NCBI GenBank assembly: GCA_947085185.1
Contig: CAMTVK010000003.1
Location: forward strand, 149,047 to 213,046
DNA: 64,000 nucleotides
From: Candidatus Fraserbacteria bacterium
Lineage (GTDB): Bacteria; Bipolaricaulota; Bipolaricaulia; RBG-16-55-9; DRXL01
Direction of reading: 5' to 3'
A program made the translations under genes and the position numbers. This document shows positions 42,568 through 52,753 of this stretch, in pieces (the first letter of the stretch is position 1; the number at the start of each line of letters is the position of its first letter). The notes below the pieces were generated by a model, which worked only from the letters and a program-made list of their open reading frames with translations, was not told the DNA's origin and did not search any database.

Positions 42568-42633
42568 TCTCAGAAGACTCCTTTGCACCCGCACGCTCAA
42601 CGTAGAAGTGCTTTTAGAATCTGGCAAATTTAC

Positions 42634-42700
42634 ACTATACCGCGTGCGAGCGGATTTGTCAAACTGCCCCCTTGCAGATGGCTGTGACAACGGCTATAAT
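42634..42700. promoter_or_regulatory. back-to-back sigma70 promoters for infB and the cox operon
   Basis: Minus strand TTGACA(42662)-17-TATAGT; plus strand TTGCAG(42672)-17-TATAAT. Confidence 0.65.
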
Positions 42701-42774
42701 TTAAGCTGTCGTAGATCATCTTTCACTATGAGCTACGTCACAAGATCGCGCAAGCTGGGGGAGCCCAAACGAAT

Positions 42775-43575
42775 ATGCACGCATTCGTGACTTCTACGAT
42801 ATTGGTTTTGATTGTCCTTGGAGCGCTGGCTCTCACGGCTAGTGGTATCTGGTGGCTCACCCCGCTCGCCTCGAACTGGGGTGAGATCGATTTTGCCCTC
42901 ATTCTGACGCTTGGTGTCATCGGCACGGCGTTCGTGGTGCTCAATCTCTTTCTGGCATATACGGTCTTTCGCCATCGCGCTCGCGCCGATGCCCGCGCCC
43001 AATTCTTGCCCGATAACCCCAAACTCGAAAAGATTCTTATCGGGATTACTGCATTGGGGATTATTCTTCTGCTGGCGCCGGGGCTCTTCGTTTACTCCCG
43101 ATTTATTACACCACCGCGCGACGCCCTGCAGATCGAGGTCTTGGGAGAACAATGGCGCTGGAGCTATCGCTACCCTGGACCCGACGGCAAACTTGGACGC
43201 GTTGATCCCAAGCTCATCAGCGCAAAGAATCTCTTCGGAATTGATCTGACCGATCCTGCAGCCCAAGACGATATTCTCTCTTATAGCGAGCTCCATCTGC
43301 CCGTCAAAGCGCCGGTGCTCTTACAGCTCCGCGCCAAAGATGTGATCCATAGCTTCTTCATCCCCAGCTTTCGCGCCAAGATGGACGCCGTCCCCGGCTT
43401 GGTGACGCGCTATTGGTTCACCCCTACAGTAGAAGGGAAGTTTCAAGCCGTCTGTGCCGAGCTGTGCGGGATCGGCCACCACAGGATGCAAAGCTCGGTC
43501 ATCGTAGAGAGCTTCGAAAAATTCCAAGAATGGCTGGCAAAACAACCCACGGTCGCGGCGACTGTCAAACCCTAG
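42775..43575 (+). CDS. coxB: cytochrome c oxidase subunit II
   Basis: QWRWSYRY, DVIHSF, CAELCGIGHHRM CuA motif. Confidence 0.93.
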   Translation: MHAFVTSTILVLIVLGALALTASGIWWLTPLASNWGEIDFALILTLGVIGTAFVVLNLFLAYTVFRHRARADARAQFLPDNPKLEKILIGITALGIILLLAPGLFVYSRFITPPRDALQIEVLGEQWRWSYRYPGPDGKLGRVDPKLISAKNLFGIDLTDPAAQDDILSYSELHLPVKAPVLLQLRAKDVIHSFFIPSFRAKMDAVPGLVTRYWFTPTVEGKFQAVCAELCGIGHHRMQSSVIVESFEKFQEWLAKQPTVAATVKP

Positions 43576-43587
43576 GAGTGAAAGACG

Positions 43588-45321
43588 ATGCATACCCATC
43601 ACGAAACACCAAGCTTTTGGTCCACATATATCTTCAGCCAAGATCATAAAGTCATCGCGATTCAGTACACGATCACGGCGCTTGCCGTGGGGGTCTTTGG
43701 GCTGGTGCTTTCGTGGCTGATGCGCTTGCAGTTGGGCTTTCTCGAAAATTTTCAAGTTCTCAACCCCGGCTCGTACTATCAGATCCTCACCCAGCACGGC
43801 ATGATCATGATCGTCTATGTGTTGACGGCGATCTTGCTGGGAGGCTTTGGGAACTATCTCATCCCGCTGATGATCGGGGCGCGGGACATGGCCTTCCCGT
43901 TCTTGAACATGCTGAGCTATTGGGTCTATCTGATCTCGGTGATCGTCCTTATAGCAGCGTTCTTGGTGCCGGGGGGCCCAACGGGAGCTGGCTGGACTCT
44001 CTACCCCCCATTATCAGCGCTGCCCAATGCCGCACCTGGCTCAGGATGGGGCATCAAATTGATGTTAATTTCTTTAGTCATTTTTATTGCTGCGGCCACC
44101 ATGGGCGGCCTCAACTACGTGACGACCGTCTTGCAGTGTCGCACCAAGGGGATGACCCTGATGCGTATGCCCCTGACGGTCTGGGGGATCTTCATCGCTT
44201 CGGTGATGGCGCTCTTTGCGTTCCCTGCGCTCTTTGCCGGAGGAGTGATGCTGCTCTTAGATAATCTTTTAGGGACGAGCTTCTTTATCCCCACCGTGAC
44301 GCTCTTTGGGCAACAACTCCCCCACGAGGGTGGCAACCCCTTGCTCTTTCAGCACCTATTCTGGTACTTTGGGCATCCTGAAGTCTATGTAGTGATCTTG
44401 CCCGCTATGGGGATCGCTTCGGATCTGATCTCGACGCACTCCCGCAAGCCGATCTTCGGCTACAAGGCCATGGTCATGGCGTTGGCCGCGATCGCCGTGA
44501 TCGGATTTCTCGTGTGGGCGCACCATATGTTCGTGAGCGGCATGAACCCGTACTTTGGGTTCTTCTTCGCCGTGAGCACGCTCATCATCGCGATCCCTTC
44601 AGCTGTAAAAGTCTACAACTGGCTGCTGACGTTGTGGCGCGGCAACATTCAGCTTACTGTGCCCATGCTCTTTGGCATCGGCTGGATCAGCACGTTTATT
44701 ATCGGGGGTCTGACGGGGCTGCCGCTGGGCAACGTCATCGCCGATGTGCCCTTGCACGATACGTACTTTGTCGTAGGGCACTTCCACTTAGTTATGGGGG
44801 TAGCCGCCATGATGGCGATCTTTGGCGGGATCTATCATTGGTTCCCCAAGGTGACCGGACGGATGTTCCACGAGACGCTGGGGAAGATACACTTCTGGGT
44901 AACGTTCGTCGGATCGTATATGATCTTTTTCCCAATGTTTCTCTTGGGGATTTTGGGCGTGCCACGACGCTACTTTGACTTCAACGCGTTGCAGTATCTG
45001 CCGCCGCAGACGCACGGATTGAATATCTTTATCACGATTGCGGCGCTTACGGTCGGCGCTGCCCAGCTGCTCTTTTTAGGAAATCTTGTCTGGAGCGCCA
45101 TGCGGGGCAGGAGGGCTGAAGCCAACCCCTGGAAGGCCACCACGCTCGAATGGCAGACTCCGACAACTCCGCCCCCACACGGCAACTGGGGCGCGCTTCC
45201 CCCTACGGTCTATCGCTGGGCTTATGACTACAGCGTCCCTGGGGCTGAGCACGATTTCATTCCCCAGACCGTCGCGCCCGCAGCGCCCGCCCCTGCCACA
45301 CCCAAGGTGAGCCACCGATGA
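43588..45321 (+). CDS. coxA: cytochrome c oxidase subunit I (A1 type)
   Basis: FWYFGHPEVY, WAHHMF, HDTYFVVGHFH, PRRY. Confidence 0.96.
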   Translation: MHTHHETPSFWSTYIFSQDHKVIAIQYTITALAVGVFGLVLSWLMRLQLGFLENFQVLNPGSYYQILTQHGMIMIVYVLTAILLGGFGNYLIPLMIGARDMAFPFLNMLSYWVYLISVIVLIAAFLVPGGPTGAGWTLYPPLSALPNAAPGSGWGIKLMLISLVIFIAAATMGGLNYVTTVLQCRTKGMTLMRMPLTVWGIFIASVMALFAFPALFAGGVMLLLDNLLGTSFFIPTVTLFGQQLPHEGGNPLLFQHLFWYFGHPEVYVVILPAMGIASDLISTHSRKPIFGYKAMVMALAAIAVIGFLVWAHHMFVSGMNPYFGFFFAVSTLIIAIPSAVKVYNWLLTLWRGNIQLTVPMLFGIGWISTFIIGGLTGLPLGNVIADVPLHDTYFVVGHFHLVMGVAAMMAIFGGIYHWFPKVTGRMFHETLGKIHFWVTFVGSYMIFFPMFLLGILGVPRRYFDFNALQYLPPQTHGLNIFITIAALTVGAAQLLFLGNLVWSAMRGRRAEANPWKATTLEWQTPTTPPPHGNWGALPPTVYRWAYDYSVPGAEHDFIPQTVAPAAPAPATPKVSHR

Positions 45322-45860
45322 CGATCCATCACGGCTCCAACGGCTATAGAGAGTTGCCCGTCACGCCGGGGCGCGTGGGGGTATGGCTCTTCTTGTGTGT
45401 GGTCACTATGCTCTTTGCGGCACTGCTCAGTGCGTATATAGTGCGCATGGGATCTTCAGACTGGCACTCGCTCCCCAAACCGGGATTGCTGTGGGTCAAC
45501 ACGGGCATCTTGCTCGGCAGCAGCGTCGCGTTCCACTGGGCGAAGCTCTCGTTGCGTCAGGGCTGGGCTCGCCGCGCGCGCCTGAGCTTTGTCGCCGGAA
45601 CAGTCCTGAGCGTACTCTTTCTGGGAGGACAAATCTGGGCTTGGGTGATCTTACACAAGCTTGGATATGTTCTGAGCGCCACTCCGTCGAGCAGCTTCTT
45701 CTATGTGCTGACGGCTGTGCATGGGCTCCATTTGATTGGGGGGGTGGCTCTTGCTGCGTGGGTGGTGCGCTCCCGTGAGCGATTTCAATTATTTGTGTCG
45801 TACTGGCACTTTCTCACTCTCGTGTGGCTTGTGCTCTTTGGGGTGATCGTGCTGACATGA
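45318..45860 (+). CDS. cytochrome c oxidase subunit III-like (copy a)
   Basis: NTGILLGSS, FYVLTAVHGLH, YWHFL. Confidence 0.88.
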   Translation: MTIHHGSNGYRELPVTPGRVGVWLFLCVVTMLFAALLSAYIVRMGSSDWHSLPKPGLLWVNTGILLGSSVAFHWAKLSLRQGWARRARLSFVAGTVLSVLFLGGQIWAWVILHKLGYVLSATPSSSFFYVLTAVHGLHLIGGVALAAWVVRSRERFQLFVSYWHFLTLVWLVLFGVIVLT

Positions 45861-46507
45861 TGACCAACAGAATCCGAGAGTTACTCGCCGACTGGTCTTC
45901 GGACCAGCAGACGTTTAAAGTCAGCTGGGGCAAGGCCATGATGTGGATCTTTCTGGTGAGCGACGTCTTTGTGTTCGGGTCGTTTCTTTCTGGGTATGCA
46001 GCGGCGCGGCTGAGCGCCACGCTCCCTTGGCCCGATCCCGCAAAAGTCTTCGCCCTGCACATAGGGGGGTCTGAGATCCCACTCCTGCTTATTGCGATTA
46101 TGACGTTCGTCCTCATCAGCAGCAGCGGGACGATGGCCATCGCCGTCAAGTACGCCTATGAGCGTCATCGTGCCAAAGCCGCGCTCTTTCTCACCCTGAC
46201 GGCGCTGTTGGGGCTGACGTTTGTCAGTATGCAGGCGTTCGAGTGGACCAAGCTCATCCGTGAGGGCTTTCGCCCGTGGACCAATCCCCTGGGGGCGCCG
46301 CAGTTTGGCTCGTCGTTCTTCATGATCACGGGCTTTCATGGCCTGCACGTCACCGTGGGGGTGATCTATCTCGCTACGGTGGCGTCCCAGCTGATCCGCG
46401 GCGTCTATGAGAAGACTGGCTATCAGCGTGTGGAGATCGCCGGGCTGTATTGGCACTTCGTGGACTTGGTGTGGGTCTTCATCTTCGCGTTCTTCTATCT
46501 GTTTTGA
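45857..46507 (+). CDS. cytochrome c oxidase subunit III-like (copy b)
   Basis: FFMITGFHGLHV, GLYWHFVDLVWVFIF. Confidence 0.9.
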   Translation: MMTNRIRELLADWSSDQQTFKVSWGKAMMWIFLVSDVFVFGSFLSGYAAARLSATLPWPDPAKVFALHIGGSEIPLLLIAIMTFVLISSSGTMAIAVKYAYERHRAKAALFLTLTALLGLTFVSMQAFEWTKLIREGFRPWTNPLGAPQFGSSFFMITGFHGLHVTVGVIYLATVASQLIRGVYEKTGYQRVEIAGLYWHFVDLVWVFIFAFFYLF

Positions 46508-46523
46508 GGGAGGCAGAAAGAAT

Positions 46524-46844
46524 ATGGAGCACTCCGGTGAGCAGTATCATCCTATCAGGGTATATTTGGTCGTATGGGGCTTGCTCTTTCTGTTGAGCGC
46601 CATGTCGTATCTTGTCGATTACTTTGAGGTGCGTCCCAAGGAGCTGGCGTGGTTTTTGATCACGGCGTTTGCGCTGCTGAAGGCCGGGCTCATCGTGAGC
46701 TCTTTTATGCACGTGCGCTTTGAGCGCTTGAGCCTTGTTTATGCGATCTTGCTCCCCCCCTTGTTCATTGTGGCGCTGGCGGCGTTCGTGATGGCCGAGG
46801 GCGGCTACGTCTTTGATGTGCGAGCGCTCTTCTTTGGGAGGTGA
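46524..46844 (+). CDS. cytochrome c oxidase subunit IV family
   Basis: YLVVWGLLFLLS…KAGLIVSSFMHVRFE. Confidence 0.85.
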   Translation: MEHSGEQYHPIRVYLVVWGLLFLLSAMSYLVDYFEVRPKELAWFLITAFALLKAGLIVSSFMHVRFERLSLVYAILLPPLFIVALAAFVMAEGGYVFDVRALFFGR

Positions 46845-47077
46845 GCGTGATGCGCATGTGGGGACTGACGGTCGGACTGATCATAGCTTACAGATTCGTC
46901 AGCTTTGCTGATCATGAGCTGCGCCAGGGGATCTTCGATACGCTGGGCCCTACAGCGTGGGGCATGTATATGCTCTTGCCCATTCCCTTTGTGGCTCTTG
47001 GGATTGTAGGGTATTTAGTCTATCGAGCGTGGCAGGAGCCGTTAGACAAAACTCCTCCGTCGCTCAACTCAAGATGA
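46841..47077 (+). CDS. small membrane protein in the cox operon
   Basis: Overlapping start/stop with both neighbours; 2 hydrophobic segments. Confidence 0.6.
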   Translation: MSVMRMWGLTVGLIIAYRFVSFADHELRQGIFDTLGPTAWGMYMLLPIPFVALGIVGYLVYRAWQEPLDKTPPSLNSR

Positions 47078-47958
47078 GTGCGCTCTTTCGCAGGGTAAGC
47101 TGTGTGAGCCTCTTGGTGACCTGTGGGCACTTGCTCTTTGGGAGCATCGTGAGTGGGACGGATTCGGGGATGGGGTGTGGCCCCTATTGGCCGCTCTGTC
47201 AGGGGCAGCTCTTTCCTGCGCTCTCTGAGAGAGCGCTCGTTATCGAGTGGACCCATCGGCTCTTTGCGGTCTTGGTCGGCTTGAGCGTCCTTGCTGTGGC
47301 TGTGGTGGCGTGGCGGCGCGAGCGCGCCTCCCCAGGGACGTTATGGCTCTCTACAGCGGCGCTTGTGCTCGTTATTCTTGCGGGAGTCTTAGGGGGGATC
47401 ACGGTCTTGCGCGAGCTTCCTCAAGAGATCTCTACAGCGCACTTGGCACTGGGAGTCTTGGTCTTCGCGCTGCTTGTCCTGCTCACTGCTCAGGCATATA
47501 GCGCACGCACTCCAAACGCCGCGACGCATCGCTGGGCACTCTTCTCAGCGATTCTGATCTATCTCCAAGCGGTGTTGGGAGCGTATGTGCGCCACAGCAA
47601 TGCCGGCCTTGTCCTGCCCGTCTGGCCGTTCCTCACGTTCTTCCCCAATTTCGCTGTAAGTCCCATGGCGCACCAATGGTCCCATCGGCTCGTGGCTCTC
47701 ATCGTCTTGGGAGTCGTCTCGGTCACGGCAGCGCGAGCGATCACGTCGGGCTCGAGAGCTTTTGGCATAGGCTCCCTCGTCGTCGTGCTCATCCAGATTG
47801 CCCTGGGGATACTCACCGTCTGGACCGTCTTGAATCCCATAGTAGCGATGCTGCATCTGGCGGGCGCTCTGGCGCTGTTGGGGCTGCAGCTCGTGCTGGT
47901 AGTGCGCTGCTGGCCACAGAGAGCGCTCAGCAGCGCCCCTCGTGAGGTGCAGGTATGA
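47074..47958 (+). CDS. ctaA: heme A synthase (COX15/CtaA)
   Basis: SGMGCGPYWPLCQG, EWTHR, conserved His residues. Confidence 0.88.
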   Translation: MSALFRRVSCVSLLVTCGHLLFGSIVSGTDSGMGCGPYWPLCQGQLFPALSERALVIEWTHRLFAVLVGLSVLAVAVVAWRRERASPGTLWLSTAALVLVILAGVLGGITVLRELPQEISTAHLALGVLVFALLVLLTAQAYSARTPNAATHRWALFSAILIYLQAVLGAYVRHSNAGLVLPVWPFLTFFPNFAVSPMAHQWSHRLVALIVLGVVSVTAARAITSGSRAFGIGSLVVVLIQIALGILTVWTVLNPIVAMLHLAGALALLGLQLVLVVRCWPQRALSSAPREVQV

Positions 47959-48839
47959 CAACGGTAGCGCAGCATGCCGCGTTGCGCCAGAGGCTTTGGG
48001 ATTATCTGGCGCTGACCAAGCCGCGCATCACTCTGCTTGTCTTGGTGACGACAGCTGCGGCCTTTTGGGGGGCCGCGAAAGGGTCATTTTCGTTGGGACT
48101 CTTTGTGATCACGCTGGTGGGGACGGGGCTGGCCTCGTCGGCCGCCGGGGTCTTGAACTGTCTGTTTGACCGAGATATAGATGCGCTCATGGCGCGGACG
48201 GCTCATCGTCCCTTGCCGGCGGGGCGCCTCCAGCCTAAAGCCGCCGCCATATTTGGCCTGGGCTTAGCTGGGCTCTCTTTTATCATCTTAGCGTATGGGG
48301 CCAATCTCTTGGCAGCGGGCCTGGCACTCTTTGCCATCTCGTTTTACGCGTTCGTGTACACACGCTGGCTCAAGCGCACTTCGCCGTGGTGTACGGAGAT
48401 CGGCGGGATCGCCGGGGCGATTCCCCCGTTGATCGGCTGGGCCGCTGCGACGGGGCGCATCGAAGCTCCGGCGCTGGTGCTCTTTGGCATTTTATATCTG
48501 TGGCAGCCGCCGCACTTTTGGGCCTTAGCTTTGGGAAGGGTCGAGGAGTATCGGCGTGCTTATCTGCCCATTCTGCCTGTAGTATGCGGCGAGCGTGTCA
48601 CGCGCCGGCGAAGCTTGCTCTATGCGCTTGCGCTGCTGCCTGTCAGCGTGTCGTTATATATCTTTGGCGCAGTGGGGCTTGGATACGCAGTGAGCGCGGC
48701 TGTGCTGGGGCTGTATTTTATCTATCTTGCATGGCGTGACTGGCGCTGCCCAAGCCTCAAGCAGAGCCGACAGCTCTTCTTCTATTCGATGGTGCATCTG
48801 GCGTTGCTCTTCGCTCTGATCGTATTGGACTCCCGATGA
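47955..48839 (+). CDS. ctaB: protoheme IX farnesyltransferase
   Basis: LTKPR, DRDIDALMARTAHRPLPAG, WQPPHFWALA. Confidence 0.93.
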   Translation: MTTVAQHAALRQRLWDYLALTKPRITLLVLVTTAAAFWGAAKGSFSLGLFVITLVGTGLASSAAGVLNCLFDRDIDALMARTAHRPLPAGRLQPKAAAIFGLGLAGLSFIILAYGANLLAAGLALFAISFYAFVYTRWLKRTSPWCTEIGGIAGAIPPLIGWAAATGRIEAPALVLFGILYLWQPPHFWALALGRVEEYRRAYLPILPVVCGERVTRRRSLLYALALLPVSVSLYIFGAVGLGYAVSAAVLGLYFIYLAWRDWRCPSLKQSRQLFFYSMVHLALLFALIVLDSR

Positions 48840-49252
48840 ACGATGCGATCGCGTGGATTCCTACAGCCAATGCTGTGCTCAATCTCCTGAGCGCTCTTGC
48901 TATCTCTGCAGGGCTCTTTTTTATCAAGCGTGGCCAGCGCGACTATCACAAGCGCTGCATGGTGACGGCGCTTGGGTTTTCTGTGCTCTTCTTAGTGCTG
49001 TATATCATGCGCTACGCGCTGACCGGCCCGACGCCCTATCTTGGTCCGGCAAAGCCGCTCTATCTTCTCGTGTTGTGGACGCATACGCCGCTGGCTGCCG
49101 TGACTCCTATCTTGGTGATCATCGCGCTGCGGAGGGCGCTCCGAGGCGACTTCGCCCACCATAAAAAGATCGCGCGCATTACCTTCCCCATCTGGTTGTA
49201 CGTCTCCGTGACGGGCTTAGTCATCTATGGGATGCTTCATTATGTCCGTTAA
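48836..49252 (+). CDS. DUF420 membrane protein
   Basis: HKRCM, HKKIAR.TFPIWLYVSVTG. Confidence 0.88.
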   Translation: MNDAIAWIPTANAVLNLLSALAISAGLFFIKRGQRDYHKRCMVTALGFSVLFLVLYIMRYALTGPTPYLGPAKPLYLLVLWTHTPLAAVTPILVIIALRRALRGDFAHHKKIARITFPIWLYVSVTGLVIYGMLHYVR

Positions 49253-49403
49253 AGCCCCGCTATTACACTCACGGGGGAATGGGTGCCACTGGCTTAGTTC
49301 ACGTGAGGGGGGAATAGATGTCTATAGGTGGTGTAATGGCCGTCACTGTTTTAGGGGTGGGGGCGTCGTACAATCAAGCCAACGCTAAAGGGGGGATAGA
49401 CAG

Positions 49404-50558
49404 ATGCAGAATCGCACATGGTTCGGCAGGATTCTGACATTCCTGCTTGTGGCGATGCTCTTGGTCGTAGGGGCGACCGGATCGGCCCAGGACGACAAGA
49501 GCGTCAAGGATAAGGTGGCTCAGCTCGAGAAACAGCTCAAAGAGCTGGAAGCCGTGGTCAAGTCGCTCTCCATTGAGCTGCAGAAGCTCACCCAAGCCGG
49601 AACCGGCGAGATCGAGAACATCCGGCCGAGGCTCTTTGCTGTAGAGCAGCTGGCCAAAGATCTCTCGTTCGACCTCAAGAAGCTTGGTGGACGGATCAGC
49701 AATCTCGAGGGGCAAGTCGAGAAGCTGGCCGAGCTGCCCCAGCAAGTGATGGACCTCAAGTACAGTGTTGGGGAGCTCGCTAGCCGCATGAAGGCCAACG
49801 AGTTGGCCATCGGGCAGCTGCGCGATCAGCTTGAGAAGCTTGCGGGGATGCAGGCGCTCGTCATCAATTTGCAAGGGATGGTGGGCACTCTTACCAACCG
49901 TGTGGAGGGCACGGAGAAGGGCCTCGCTGCTCTCACGGACCAGGTGGGCAAACTCCAGGCGCTCACTCCGTTGGTGAAGGGCCTCCAAGACACAACGGCG
50001 AACTTAAGCGTTCGTGTGGGGCGCATTGAAGAGATGCTGGTCAAGCATACTCAACAGCTGGAGCAGCTGTCGGGCTTGCCCGGTGCTGTCGTGAACATTC
50101 AGAGCTCGGTGGGCGAGCTGGCCAGCCGCACCAGCAGCTTGGAGGGCAATTTTGCGCGACTGAGCAATATCGTCGCGTCGTTACAAGAGATGGTGAGCAA
50201 GCTCTCTGGACGTCTCGATGCTGCAGAAGCGCGTGACGACGAGACAGCGAGAAAGTTCAGCCAACTTGCGGACGGCTTCAGCAAGCTCTTGATCGACGTC
50301 GAATCTCTTAAGATCAAGATCAACGAGCTGCAAGATCGTATTGCGAAGCTTAAGGTGCCGCAGCCGGTGGAGATGCCCGATGTCAAAGCGCTCGTCCAGC
50401 AAGCTGTGGCGGAGAAGACCAAGGACTTGCAGGCGCAGTTGGCACAAGCCAAGAAAGAAGCACAAGAAGCCAAGGCTGCTGTGGAGGGCGCCAACAGCTT
50501 AGCGCTCATTGCTCTTGTAGCGGGCTTGGCTGGAGTCTTGATCGGGTTCTTGTTCTAA
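49404..50558 (+). CDS. exported long coiled-coil protein with C-terminal membrane anchor
   Basis: Signal peptide, about 330 aa of heptad repeats, C-terminal ALIALVAGLAGVLIGFLF. Confidence 0.8.
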   Translation: MQNRTWFGRILTFLLVAMLLVVGATGSAQDDKSVKDKVAQLEKQLKELEAVVKSLSIELQKLTQAGTGEIENIRPRLFAVEQLAKDLSFDLKKLGGRISNLEGQVEKLAELPQQVMDLKYSVGELASRMKANELAIGQLRDQLEKLAGMQALVINLQGMVGTLTNRVEGTEKGLAALTDQVGKLQALTPLVKGLQDTTANLSVRVGRIEEMLVKHTQQLEQLSGLPGAVVNIQSSVGELASRTSSLEGNFARLSNIVASLQEMVSKLSGRLDAAEARDDETARKFSQLADGFSKLLIDVESLKIKINELQDRIAKLKVPQPVEMPDVKALVQQAVAEKTKDLQAQLAQAKKEAQEAKAAVEGANSLALIALVAGLAGVLIGFLF

Positions 50559-50637
50559 AAGAGACAGACTGTGAGCTAGGATCACCCCTTTGGCGGCAAG
50601 CGAGAGTGAAGAGCTCTCGGGGGATCTTGGCAAGGCC

Positions 50638-50680
50638 GGGTCGAGCGGGGGCGCTCTGTGCTCCCCTCGACTCTTTTTTT
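50638..50680 (+). terminator. intrinsic terminator
   Basis: GGGTCGAGCGGGGGCGC-TCT-GTGCTCCCCTCGACTC followed by T7. Confidence 0.8.
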
Positions 50681-50688
50681 AAGGGCGC

Positions 50689-52671
50689 TTAGCACGCGCC
50701 GGAGGTGAGCCACATATCCTGGCCTGGAGCAAGAGAATCGATTTGGGCGCACCGCCGGACCGCGAGTCTTCCCTTACTCCACCCTTCAAGCGCAATCTGC
50801 AAACCTCGCCTCGCAGGGATAGTTAGGGTTACCCAAGCTTGTCCAACGACGGGGATAGCGCGCTCCGGAAGGCCCAATGCAACAACCTTGATCTGATCAA
50901 TGCTCTTAAATTCGGTCAGATCGATGTGCACATCGGCGGAGTCAAGCAGCGCTAATAGATCTTGGGCGCGCCAGCCCTCAGTGTCAGCCGATGGCCCACT
51001 CCCCCAGACGCCCATCAAGACTTCTAAATCTGTTAAAGCCCAGCCGTTGAAGTCAGCCCGCAGCTCTCGATGGAGCAGTCCATCGCCGTTGAAGTCGAAC
51101 CGTGCATAGATAGACTCAGGAGTCGGACAGTTTTGGGGGTCGGCTTCATGCACACAGCCGTCGCCGTTGAGGTCTTTCTTGCGATGATTGCGCGTGCCGT
51201 CAAGATTTTTGCCCTCGACATAGAGCAGTGCGTCCCGAAAAGCTCTGAAATCGCGCATATCTATATTTCCGTCGCCGCGCAGGCCGTCGGGGCAGAGATT
51301 TTCAGTTTCGTGACCTTGTGCGCCTACTCTGAGATTGCCGTCGGGAGTGCAGTCGTCTACGTCCACCAGAGCGCGCTGGACCGGCCGACCCCGACGCAGT
51401 GAGTCGAGCGCGATGAGGGCACCGAAGGCGTCGATTCTAGGAGCAGGCCCTTCGCCGTTGGGGCCGCGACCCCCGGCGCTCTCCGGCTCAATCGCCCGTG
51501 CTGATTTCTGCAAAAGCTCTTTGATCTCTAAGACGGTCAAGTTCGGATCGAAAGCCAGCAAATAACCGATCAAGCCCGTGACATGCGGGGCGGCCATCGA
51601 AGTGCCGTCAAGTGTATCGTACTTCTCTCTCAGCACCGTACTGAGCACTCGGCCCCCGGGGGCCGAAAAGTGCCCGCCGACGTTGGAGAAATCTGATTTT
51701 CTGAAAGAATTCTCGCCAGACAGGATCGCATCGAACGATTCGATCACCAAAATATTTTCGGAGCGTTTGAAGGATTGGCCGTCAATCTCAAGATCGGGCG
51801 CGAGCGCGGCCCAGTTGAGCGGGCTGGCCCATTGCGCGTGAATCTCTGTGGGATAGTTGAAGCGCTTGGGGCTGTCGTTCCCAGCAGCAGCGACGAAGAG
51901 CACATTCGGATAGAGAGCGGCGAGGCGGCGCATGAACAGCCCATGCTTGACGACGAGCTGCTGTGCCTCCCCATCGAGATTGGGATTGACTTTGAGGCGC
52001 GTATTCACGGGCCAGTTGTAGCTCATGCTCACGTTGACGACGCGAATTTCTGGATAATTCTTGAGCAAACCCGCGAGAGTCTCAAGCAGCGTTTCCCAGG
52101 AGTTTCGCCAGTCTTGGCCTTGGGGAATCTTTGGAGATATGCCGATCATCTGCGCGAACGGATTGATCCCGTCAATGCCCAAACCGTTATTGAAAGTTGC
52201 TCCGATGATCCCGGCGACGTGAGCACCGTGATAGTTTGTAACTGCGCCCGATTTGGTCTTCCCATCGTCGCTCAGCATAACAGTTTTCAGATTCTTGAGA
52301 TCAGGGTGGTCGTCAAGCCCGTCGCCGTCGCGGTCTTCAAAACCAGCATCGAGAATCCCAATGAGAAATCTCTGAAAATATCCGGTGCGCTGGACGTAGT
52401 CATTAAGATTCCAAAGCTGAGGAACTCTTATAGCTTCTAATCCCCAGTTGCCGTCGGTCTCTCTGCCTGAAGAAGGGGGCCAATTCCAGCGCCAGGGATT
52501 GGGATTCAGCCCAGAGGGCACATCAGAAGAATTGTCCTTGACGACGGGGTCTTGCGCGTTACTGGGGGCAGGGATGATGGCCAGGAGAAAAGCTTTTGTC
52601 GCAGGCTCGCTTGAGCGGAGCCCGCCCACCAGCACAAGCGCCAAGAAGAGCAAGCGCAGCGCGCGGTCCAT
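50689..52671 (-). CDS. secreted S8 subtilase with C-terminal Ca-binding (dockerin/EF-like) motifs
   Basis: ILDAG, HGAHVAG, AAAGN, GTSMAAPHV; DGNIDMRD, DLNGDG, DFNGDG. Confidence 0.88.
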   Translation of the reverse strand: MDRALRLLFLALVLVGGLRSSEPATKAFLLAIIPAPSNAQDPVVKDNSSDVPSGLNPNPWRWNWPPSSGRETDGNWGLEAIRVPQLWNLNDYVQRTGYFQRFLIGILDAGFEDRDGDGLDDHPDLKNLKTVMLSDDGKTKSGAVTNYHGAHVAGIIGATFNNGLGIDGINPFAQMIGISPKIPQGQDWRNSWETLLETLAGLLKNYPEIRVVNVSMSYNWPVNTRLKVNPNLDGEAQQLVVKHGLFMRRLAALYPNVLFVAAAGNDSPKRFNYPTEIHAQWASPLNWAALAPDLEIDGQSFKRSENILVIESFDAILSGENSFRKSDFSNVGGHFSAPGGRVLSTVLREKYDTLDGTSMAAPHVTGLIGYLLAFDPNLTVLEIKELLQKSARAIEPESAGGRGPNGEGPAPRIDAFGALIALDSLRRGRPVQRALVDVDDCTPDGNLRVGAQGHETENLCPDGLRGDGNIDMRDFRAFRDALLYVEGKNLDGTRNHRKKDLNGDGCVHEADPQNCPTPESIYARFDFNGDGLLHRELRADFNGWALTDLEVLMGVWGSGPSADTEGWRAQDLLALLDSADVHIDLTEFKSIDQIKVVALGLPERAIPVVGQAWVTLTIPARRGLQIALEGWSKGRLAVRRCAQIDSLAPGQDMWLTSGAC

Positions 52672-52753
52672 CCCGCTTGATTATAACAGCGGGAAGGACC
52701 ATTGTGAAGGCCCATTCTGGGCATCCTTCCCCTCAAGTTAATTGTAGTTGATC

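Noticed and set aside
49255..49400. repeated GGGGGAAT and weak TTACAC/GTGTAA symmetry upstream of the coiled-coil gene
   Set aside because: Too short to distinguish from chance.
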